This document shows, one piece after another, positions 51,405 to 60,727 of a stretch of 64,000 nucleotides of DNA. The stretch is taken from assembly GCF_009914755.1 (NCBI RefSeq), contig NC_060943.1. One strand, written 5' to 3'. The DNA comes from the human T2T-CHM13v2.0 reference genome, Homo sapiens. Position 1 is the stretch's first letter, and every line of letters starts with the position of its first letter. Position numbers and translations under genes: made by a program. The notes below the pieces were generated by a model. That model made no database searches. It saw only the letters and a list, made by a program, of their open reading frames with translations, and was not told the DNA's origin.

Positions 51405-52045
51405 GACCACACACGCCATGGCCAGGCCAACACCCGCCACCCCACCCCCACCTACGATGTCTGTCACTGTCACATAGGAGGGACGCACATAAGCGGGACC
51501 CCACATGCTATGGCCAGGCTAACCCCCGCCACTCCACCCCCACCTACGATGTCTGTCACTGTCACACAGGAGGAATGCACGTAAGCGGGACCCCACATGC
51601 TATGGCCAGGCCAACCCCCGCCACTCCACCCCCACCTACGATGTCTGTCACTGTCACATAGGAGGGACGCACGTAGGCGGGACTCCATACGCCATGGCCA
51701 GGCCAACCCCCACCACTCCACCCCCACGAACGATGTCCGTCACTGTCACATAGGAGGGACGCACGTAGGCGGGACTCCACACGCCATGGCCAGGCCAACC
51801 CCCGCCACTCCACCCCCACCTACGATGTCTGTCACTGTCACATAGGAGGAACGCACGTAAGTGGGACCCCACATGCTATGGCCAGGCCAACCCCCGCCTA
51901 CGATGTCTGTCACTGTCACATAGGAGGGACGCATGTAGGCGGGACTCCACACGCCATGGCCAGGCCAACCCCCGCCACTCCACCCCCACCTACGATGTCT
52001 GTCACTGTCACATGGGGGGACGCATGTAGGCGGGACCCCACACGG
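51405..52045. repeat. 92-bp tandem repeat, ~7 copies (one 14-bp deleted)
   Basis: cctacgatgtctgtcactgtcaca starts at 51451, 51543, 51635, 51727 (variant), 51819, 51897, 51989. Confidence 0.95.
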
Positions 52046-53348
52046 GAGTTACGCGAACGCCGGACACCAGAGCAGCTTGGGAGCGTGCGCAGCCCATCTT
52101 TGACAGCCGAGCAAGGGCGTCACACAGGGGTGATGCTCCAGAGGCAGCGCCAAGCGCAGGCCCTCCCCGGAGCCAGCTGCCTGGTGGGGGACAGGACTCC
52201 CACAGACGCAGGGCCAGGGCTGGGCAGGGCAGCGGGCTGGACAAGGGGACCTGACACCTACCTTCTACAAAGAGAGTGAGTGTATGAGTGACTTGTAAAA
52301 TTAAAGATGAACTTACTCAAAGACAAGCATTTTGGAGACAACGAAGTATTTTAAAAAGGACCGGGTGCTAGATTAGATGAAGTTCCTGAAAAATGACATT
52401 TTGTTAGATGAGATCAGCTTCCTGTAGGGCTTTTTCTTTTTTTCAAGGAGTCCTTACATGTTGGAGAATTTACAGACAAAATGATGTGATGGATATTTTC
52501 TCTAAAACGCTGTGGAAAGAGAACCACAGTGGGCAGAAAGGGACCAGCAGTGCCGCGAATCGCTGGCGCAGGAAGAGGGATTCATCACACTGCGTCCACA
52601 CACTTGAGATTTCCACAGAATTAATTTTCGAAAAGGTTCGAAGGCCAAGGATGTATGCGAGGGAGAAGGCAGGGGCAGCCCTCGAGGGCTGTGGCGGTGC
52701 GGGATGGCAACCACCCACTGAGACGCGGGGCAGCCTGGGGCCGGGGTGTGGGCCCCCTGGGCATGCGGTCCTGGCAACGCACTCAAAACCCCCATCATAG
52801 TTTCTACCCCGGGACCAAGGCTGCCACAGCCCCGCCCACAGGGAGCTTCTGTTCATGCTCCATCCACAGATCTCAGAAATCACTCAAAAAGGGGCTGAGG
52901 TGCTTTACAAAATCGATCCCAAACTTCACCCCGGTCTTTGTATGGGACGACTCAGCTATGCCAGCCTGAGCTGGCAAGCTCTGCCGGCCTTTCTGCATCA
53001 AGTGTGCCCACGCATTTCCGTGTGGACTGTGGCTGCGTGGTATCTGTGAGGCCCGCAGCCTGCAAGATGAACAGTATTTCCTCTCTGGCTCTCTGCAGAA
53101 AAGGTCTGCTGAGCCCCGGCCAGCGTGGGGCCAGCGTGGGCCTGGGACCTGGGGCCTGACATGCAGACACAGCAAGGAGAGAAGCTGCCGCACCTTATTC
53201 CTCAGGTCTGAGGCAGGGAGGCGGCCTCCGTGGAGGGGAGGGAGGCCATGAGGTGTCAGGGGCCACAGTGAGGTCAACACGGGGCCTTCGCAAGCAAACC
53301 TGGGCCCCACGTAGCCCACAAATGAGTTTTGCTCAACCCCAATAATGC

Positions 53349-53354
53349 TTTATT
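53349..53354 (-). terminator. Intronic polyA signal in ZNF787
   Basis: AATAAA on - preceded by U-rich tgtgttttgtttgttt; lies in an AT-rich island within GC-rich intron. Confidence 0.55.
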
Positions 53355-53421
53355 AAACAAACAAAACACATTGCCAATGTCCAAAAAGTGAAGGATTTCA
53401 CATAAAAACCCAAACTGACAA

Positions 53422-53518
53422 CTTTCCCTGAAAAGTCCGCGTCAGCCTGCGGGTTCCCTGCACTCCTGAGCTTTCCCTGAAAAGTCGGCATCAGCCTGCG
53501 GGTTCCCTGCGCTCCTGG
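53422..53518. repeat. 49-bp tandem duplication
   Basis: ctttccctgaaaagtc..g.tcagcctgcgggttccctgc.ctcctg x2. Confidence 0.85.
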
Positions 53519-53606
53519 GCCACCCCTGGTGTAAGGAGTTTCCTGCCAGGGAGGGCCACAGGCCCGCCTGGAATCATAGCAGAGGGTCCAGGATGTGGAG
53601 GCGGGG
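53491..53606 (-). CDS. ZNF787: Candidate alternative terminal exon of ZNF787 giving a 64-aa finger-less isoform
   Basis: Strong acceptor cccccttcctctccccacag|C at 53606; in phase 1 encodes APPPHPGPSAMIPGGPVALPGRKLLTPGVAQERREPAG then TGA (53493-53491); AATAAA downstream at 53354-53349. Confidence 0.55.
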
Positions 53607-53933
53607 CTGTGGGGAGAGGAAGGGGGCACCCTCAACAGACGGGGGTGCTGCCCAGGCTGGAGGGGCAAGGACAGAGGAAGTCAGGCAGAGAAGGTGGCCC
53701 CCAGGGGTCCCCAAGATCATCCAGCAGAAAGGAAACTTGGAGCCACAACACTAGCCCTCCCTCTACAGCCAGGAGTGCAAGGCCCAGGGCGGGAGGGGAG
53801 GCCAGGGTCGGGTGGTCCCAGGGCCCCAAGAGGGGAAAACAGGGAAGGGGGGTTTCCTCCCACCCAGAGGCAAAGGAAGCCAGGGTCAGGTGGGAGGCAG
53901 CGGGGTCGGCTGGGAAGGCCTCTGGCTGCTCAC

Positions 53934-54012
53934 CTGGGTTCTCGTGACTGGCCATCTGCTGGTCCTCAGAATCCAGCGGCCCCGGAGACCAGGCTTCTTC
54001 CCGCAGCTCCAT
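53934..54012 (-). CDS. ZNF787: ZNF787 first coding exon (exon spans 53934-54022; 10-nt 5'UTR part)
   Basis: tctaacag|G acceptor at 54022; strong Kozak GACATGG at 54012; encodes MELREEAWSPGPLDSEDQQMASHENP; CAG|gtgagc donor. Confidence 0.94.
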
Positions 54013-54499
54013 GTCTGGGTCCCTGTTAGAAGGGGATGAGACAGAAGGACAGAGTTTATGGGGTGCCAGGCTGCACCGAGGGCCCTGCAGGGAGGCAGCC
54101 TGCAGACCCCGGCGTGACAGGCACAGCGCCCGGCAGACAAGGCACACAGCACCTACCCCAGGACACCGAGAACTGGCCTGGAGCTAGCCTGGCCGCTCCC
54201 CACTGCAGGGGCCAGCCAAGGCCTCACACAGCCGCAGGAAGGACTCAAGGACCCTCAAGGGCTACAACCACCGCCAGTTCCCATCCCAGCCCCACCACTC
54301 CCCAGCTGGACCTGGGGCAAGCAACCCCACCTCGCGCCTCCTCGCGCCTCAGCTTCCTCACTGGCAAGATGGAGAACATGTTACTGTCAAGCGTACACAA
54401 GACAGTGTACGTGTGGTGCTCATGCCAAACAGGGACTGGAGTTCCCACACCCCTGGCAGATACTTACCCATCACAGCAGAAACAGGGCAACAGGCGCCT

Positions 54500-55500
54500 A
54501 AGGGTCTCTGCACACGACACTCCCAACCCGTGCCACACACCGTGAGGGTCTCTGCGCACGACACCACCGACCCGTGCCACGCACCGGGAGGGTCTCTATG
54601 CACGACACCACCGACCCGTGCCACGCACCGGGAGGGTCCCTACGCACGACACCACCGACCCGTGCCACGCACCGGGAGGGTCCCTACGCACGCCGCCGAC
54701 CCGTGCCACGCACCGGGAGGGTCCCTACGCACGCCGCCGACCCGTGCCACGCACCGGGAGGGTCCCTACGCACGACACCGCCGACCCGTGCCACGCACCG
54801 GGAGGGTCCCTACGCACGCCGCCGACCCGTGCCACGCACCGGGAGGGTCCCTACGCACGACACCGCCGACCCGTGCCACGCACCGGGAGGGTCCCTACGC
54901 ACGCCGCCGACCCGTGCCACGCACCGGGAGGGTCCCTACGCACGACACCGCCGACCCGTGCCACGCACCGGGAGGGTCCCTACGCACGCCGCCGCCGACC
55001 CGTGCCACGCACCGGGAGGGTCCCTACGCACGCCGCCGACCCGTGCCACGCACCGGGAGGGTCCCTACGCACGCCGCCGACCCGTGCCACGCACCGGGAG
55101 GGTCCCTACGCACGCCGCCGACCCGTGCCACGCACCGGGAGGGTCCCTACGCACGCCGCCGACCCGTGCCACGCACCGGGAGGGTCCCTACGCACGCCGC
55201 CGACCCGTGCCACGCACCGGGAGGGTCCCTACGCACGCCGACCCGTGCCACGCACAGTGAGGGTCTCTACACACGCCACTGATCCGTGCCACGCACCAGG
55301 AAGGTCTCTACGCACACCACCCACCCGTGCCACGTACCATGAGGGTCTCTACACATGACACCACCAACCCGTGCCATGCACCAAGAGGATCTCTACACAC
55401 ACCACCAACCCGTGACTGTGAAAGTCTCTACGCACACCAACACCAACCTGTGCCATGCACTGTGAGGGTTCTCTACGCACACCACCAAGCGGTGCCACGC
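54500..55500. repeat. 41/44-bp CpG-rich VNTR, ~16-17 near-identical copies plus degenerate flanks
   Basis: Unit cgccgacccgtgccacgcaccgggagggtccctacgcacg(acac). Confidence 0.97.
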
Positions 55501-56164
55501 ACACACACAGCTAAAGTGGAGAGCAGAGCCTTTGCCACGCGCCCGAGTTGTTGAAGGGTTCATACCCAGATCTCTCTTTTAAAACAGGCTCCCTGGCTGG
55601 ATGCGGTGGCTCCCACCTGTAATCCCAGCACTTTGAGAGACCAAAGCAGGTGGATCAGTGGAGGTCTGGAGTTCGAGACCAGCCTGGCCAGCATGGCGAA
55701 ACCCCATCTCTACCAAAACACAAAAATTAGCCAGGCCTGGTGGCAGGGGCCTGTAATCCCAGCTACTCAGGAGGCTAAGGCAGGATAATTGCTGAAACCC
55801 AGGACGCAGAGGTTGCAGTGAGAAGAGATCACACTCCAGCCTGGGCGACAGAGCAAGACTCTGTCTCAAAAATTAAATTTAAAATAAAATAAAATAAATA
55901 AATAATAAAAAAATAAAATGAAACAGGCTCTGAGGCAGCCCTCCCAGCCCTTCTCCCACCCTCCTGCAGGCGCGGCTGGAACCTGAACCCTCGCACAGAT
56001 CAGGGAAGGGCAGGGCCGCCAGGTGGAGCTGTGGCAAACGTGCCCTCCCAGCTTTCCACATGCTGGGGTTTCATAAACCAGGAGCGCCTCAGCGAAACTC
56101 CACGGGGAGGACACAGGGCTGCCAACTTCGACAGCCGAATAAGGGCAATTTAAAAAAACGTCCT

Positions 56165-56256
56165 GCCGGCCTGAGTGCAGCGGTGTTTACAACTAACTGC
56201 CAGTTACGGATCTCTTTGTTCCTTCTCCATGCCAACTGCTTCACTTGACTAGCCTT
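56165..56256 (+). pseudogene. Y3 RNA (RNY3-like) processed pseudogene
   Basis: gagtgcagcggtgtttacaactaa...ccagttacggatctctttgttccttctcc...actgcttcacttgactagcctt matches hY3 as I recall it, with a ~7-nt internal deletion; A-rich tail; TSD aaaaaaac(g/c)tcct at 56152-56164 and 56262-56274 at a TT/AAAA site. Confidence 0.9.
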
Positions 56257-56459
56257 AGAACAAAAAAACCTCCTACCTCCCACGGTAGAGATTTGGGGCT
56301 TGGCTCCCCGAATCCCCCGGCACCTGCAGGAGGCAGGGGCTGTAACCACCCAGCTTCTCGGGGGAAGCCTCCAGCAGGAGCCACGAGAAACCTGCCCGAG
56401 GAGGCACAGCCTCCCACTGCCGGGCCAGGGCTCCAGGGCTCACACCCCAGGGCCCACAC

Positions 56460-57195
56460 TTCTTTATTAAAACAGCTTCATTAAGATGTGATCCCCTCAC
56501 CACAACATTCCCCCATGTAAAGTGTACGATGCAATGATATTTAGTGTATTCAGTTTTGCAACCCTCACCACAATCAACTTTACAACAACTCCAAAAAGCC
56601 CGCGCGCCCACGGCAGTCACCGCGCATTCCTCCAGCCGCGCCCACGGCAGTCACCGCGCATTCCGCCCTCCGCGCCCACGGCAGTCACCGCGCATTCCCC
56701 CCTCCGCGCCCACGGCAGTCACCGCGCATTCCCCCCTCCGCGCCCACGGCAGTCACCGCGCATTCCGCATTCCCCCCTCCGCGCCCACGGCAGTCACCGC
56801 GCATTCCGCCCTCCGCGCCCACGGCAGTCACCGCGCATTCCCCCTTCCGCGCCCACGGCAGTCACCGCGCATTCCCCCGCCGCGCCCTGCAGCCTCTGAA
56901 CTCCTTTCCGTCCCTCTGGACTTGCTGCCGTGTGCTCTGCACAGGAGAGGGACAGCATCTGTTCCTGCGTGTCTGACTCTTCCACACAGCATGGTGCTGC
57001 GGCGTGCCAGCGTGTCGCTCCTCTCTCGGGCTGAACCCCACTCCACTGTACGGCGGCCACAGTGGTCCATGCACCCACCCATCGCTGGAGGACAACTGTG
57101 AGCTGCTTCCACAGCGGGCATTGTGTATACTCCAGCTTCAACGCCGCGTCCATCCATTTATTTCTGTGGACGTTCGCGTTCATCTCTCTGGGAAG
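56460..57195 (-). mobile_element. L1MB 3' fragment, strongly GC-shifted, hosting a VNTR
   Basis: aaagtgtacgatgcaatgatatttagtgtattca...gcaaccctcaccacaatc; downstream tgtctgactcttccacacagcat and tttctgtggacgttcgcgttcatctctctggg align by eye to antisense L1MB. Confidence 0.65.
56600..56885. repeat. ~34-bp CpG-rich VNTR, ~8 copies
   Basis: Unit cgcgcccacggcagtcaccgcgcattcc(c/g)ccctc. Confidence 0.95.
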
Positions 57196-57481
57196 GAGAA
57201 GCCTGCGCAGGCCCCAGCCCGCCCGCGAGTCTTCAATTCTGTGTCTTATCAGAGTTGCCTACTGAGGTGGAGGCGGGCACAACCCTCGACCAACCATTAG
57301 CAAAGCCCATGCTCCGGCCGTCTGGCCCCAGTTCCTGGTGTGACCTCACCCCCAGGTGGGTAGGACTCCTGGTGAGACACAGCGGCGCCACCCCACCTCG
57401 TTCCCCAACAACCTCAACACCGGAAGAGAAAACCCAGGCGAGGCCCCCTTGGGCTGAATGCACTCGGCTCTGAGGAAACCT

Positions 57482-57645
57482 CCGGCATCCAGCACCTCAT
57501 TCCAGGCCGGGGTCTGCAGACCAGCACGTGGGAACGGCGGCATCCAGCACCTCATTCCAGGCTGGGGTCTGCAGACCAGCACGTGGGAACGGCGGCATCC
57601 AGCACCTCATTCCAGGCGGAAGTCTGCAGACCAGCACGCGGAACA
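57482..57645. repeat. 55-bp tandem repeat x3
   Basis: catccagcacctcattccagg at 57486, 57541, 57596. Confidence 0.9.
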
Positions 57646-58221
57646 GTGGGGCTTCCACCTGAGCACCACACACCTCCTTGGCACAACCCCTCTGAACCGA
57701 TTTTCCCGAGTCCCTCCAGTGACAAGAAGCTCACCACTATCCAGGTACAGAACGGAGCCAGCCCCACTGCAGGGTGCTGTCAACCTGCCCTCACGAAGGG
57801 CCTGAGAGTCTGAGGAGAACTCGGGACGTGCCTGTTTAAATAAATTCATGTGCACAGATATGCCATGTGGGTCACTGGGCAGCCCCTGGCCACCCCACCC
57901 CACGGTTCCAGGCACTGCTCTAAACGGCTGACGAACTGTGAGTAGATTGGGGTCCATGATAGCCCTCTGGGTAGGTCTGACTGCTGTCCCCATTATGCAG
58001 ATGAGGAAACAGAGGCCCAAGGTCTCTCCGTGGGGAAGGGGAGAAGGGAAAGGCTGGAGGAGTACAGAAACAGTTCACACACAGACCATCAGGCCCCAAG
58101 TCTATGCCCAGTACCACCCACCACTACGCTCGCCTCAGAAACTGTGTTCAAATCCCACGTGGGAACATGAAGGCCGCGCTCTCCAGGGTCCTCATTTACT
58201 GAGCACCTGCGAGGACCAGCA

Positions 58222-58405
58222 GACATGGGGTCACCAGAAGACATAAGGGTCACTGGGAGAAACGAGGGTCACCGGGAGACACGGGGTCACCGGGAGACAC
58301 GGGGTCACCGTGAGACAATGGGGTCACTGGGAGAAACGAGTCACCAGGAGACATGGGGTCACAGGGAGGGACAAGAGTCACCAGGAGAAAGAGGGTCACC
58401 AGGAG
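58222..58405. repeat. Degenerate ~18-20 bp tandem repeat
   Basis: ggggtcaccgggagacac variants. Confidence 0.8.
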
Positions 58406-58606
58406 GGCCGAGGTCCTGCCCCCAAGGCTCACAGACAGCAGGAAGGAAGCACACGGGGAGGGGGGCCTAGGGGCAGAAAAGGGAGGGGGGTCTAGGGGGA
58501 GAAAGTGACGGGCAGCTCTGTTGGGGAGGCTGGGGTGGGCCCTCAGAAAGAAGGCACCACAGGAGCATTCCCTGGATGGGCAGCGTGGAGGGGAGGGGAC
58601 AGGCAG

Positions 58607-58722
58607 CAGCTCGAAGGCCGGGCATGCTGGGGGCTGCGGGAGAGGCCGCTCGAAGGCCGGGCATGCTGGGGGCTGCGGAAGAGAGAGCTTGAAGGCCGGG
58701 CATGCTGGGGGCTGCGGGAGGG
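58607..58722. repeat. ~39-bp tandem repeat x3
   Basis: gctcgaaggccgggcatgctgggggctgcgg. Confidence 0.85.
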
Positions 58723-59009
58723 GCTGCAGGTGTGTGGGGCAGTACCTGCCGGGAGGACTGCGAGTCACCTGAAGCGCAGGGGACCCTTAGAGGTGGGCAC
58801 TGTTCTGACGCTTGTCTTATGGATGTGGAACATGAGGCCGGCAGGGCGAGACCCTCGGGTCCCCTGCAACACGTGAAGGGCAGCACTGGCGGCAGCAGCC
58901 AGGAGCAGTGTCTGTGCCAGGCACAGAGCCACAGAGACTCCCAGGAGACTCTCTCAGCTCCAGAAGCGGGAGGCACTGAAGGCAGCCCTGCCAGGAGGCG
59001 CCGCTCCCC

Positions 59010-59245
59010 GCTCTCTCCACCCAGCCCCTGCCCAGTGCTCCCTCCACCTCGCCCCTGCCCAGCACTCCCTGGCTCCCTCCACCCCGCCCCTGCCCAGCAC
59101 TCCCAGCTCCCACCACCCAGCCCCTGCCCAGAGCTCCCCGGCTCCCTCCACCCCGCCCCTGCCCAGCACTCCCTGGCTCCCTCCACCCAACCCCTGCCCA
59201 GAGCTCCCCAGCTCCCTCCACCCTGCCCCTGCCCAGAGCTCTCCT
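59010..59245. repeat. C-rich ~25-35 bp tandem repeat (G-rich on the ZNF787 sense strand)
   Basis: cccctgcccag(c/a)(a/g)ctccc..gctccctccacc repeated ~7x. Confidence 0.85.
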
Positions 59246-60433
59246 CCAGTCCTCCCAGCTGCCTCCTCTGGACTCCAGGTGAGGGCCACCTCCTCAGGGT
59301 CCCCACTTGCTCCACCTGCCTGCCTTTCTCTTCCTAACGCCTGCTACTCTGCCACTCTCCGTGTCTCTGCTTAGCTGGCCTGTCCTCCCGGCACCCTGTC
59401 ATGTCAGGGCCCGCTCTGACACCCATGTGGTCCCTAGCACCCAGGGCAGCGCCAGGCACAGCTGGGTGAGCACACAAACAGGTAGGTCTGGACAAAGCAC
59501 AGGCTTAAGACCAGACACAGCAAATCCCAACACTCAGCCCCTCGCCGGACCTGTCTCAGGAAGAGGTGAGACCCACGCGGAAGGACAGGCAGACCTCCCC
59601 TCGGACAGACCCCCGTGGGCTCTGGGTGCCTCGGATGGAAGAGTTCAGGCTAAACTGCCATGAACATGCTTGCAGCCCGACCAGGCTAGCTCTGCCTCTC
59701 CAGAGGCTACCGACAGGAAAGCCCAAATCTCAGGAAATGCTTCTTGCAGAGACAGCCTCCATCACAGTGAGGTTCCGAATGGGGAAACCGGGAGGAACTC
59801 AAGAGACCCACGCCGGGGAGGTGGGTGGAGTCACCCCTCCTCCACGGGAGCAAGGGAGCCGGCCAAGGAATGACGGCTGGCACCCCTCCCACGCCCAACA
59901 TCAAGAGTGAGAGTGATCTCAACGTTTTTCTTATGTTCATTTTCCTAATATTTTAATAACAGGTAATTACGTCTGTATTAAGGGAAAAAGCCTAAAGGGG
60001 TGTCTTGGACAGCGGCTGGGGCTACGTATCGGAACTGGTAGATGGCTGGGTGCTGGGGGCCAGCAGTGAAGGCGACGGCACAGAACAGGCCACCCCAGTG
60101 CAGCCCCAAAGGCACGGGGGCAGCAGCAGATGCGAGAAGGGTGCTCTAGCCTCCCCTTTCTTCCTGCAAGCAGATGAAACCCCACGTGAAACACGCCCTC
60201 CTCGTAGAGGAAGAGGACGTGCTCATCACCAGCACCGGGAGCTGAGGCTGAGAGACAGCTGCACACACCAACCCTTATCTCCCTCAGCCTCCCCAAGGAT
60301 TTTAGTTACTTTTTCACAGTTGCTATTCTTGGGCATAGAAGCCCTCAGGTCTAACTGCTTCAGGAGGCCTTCACTTTCTGAAGTCTCCCATGTACCTGTA
60401 AAAATAACATTTGTGGCCGTGCGCAGCGGCTCA

Positions 60434-60727
<294 letters not shown>

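Noticed and set aside
52414-52588. Box C (GTGATGA) and box D (CTGA) on the - strand suggesting an intronic snoRNA
   Set aside because: No terminal stem, and I recognise no rRNA-antisense element
54413-55358. Three long repetitive ORFs (289, 228 and 246 aa)
   Set aside because: The VNTR unit simply lacks + strand stops; antisense to the host gene with no promoter or splice support
58250-59337. Overlapping 170-280 aa Pro/Gly-rich ORFs on both strands
   Set aside because: Low-complexity products of GC-rich tandem repeats
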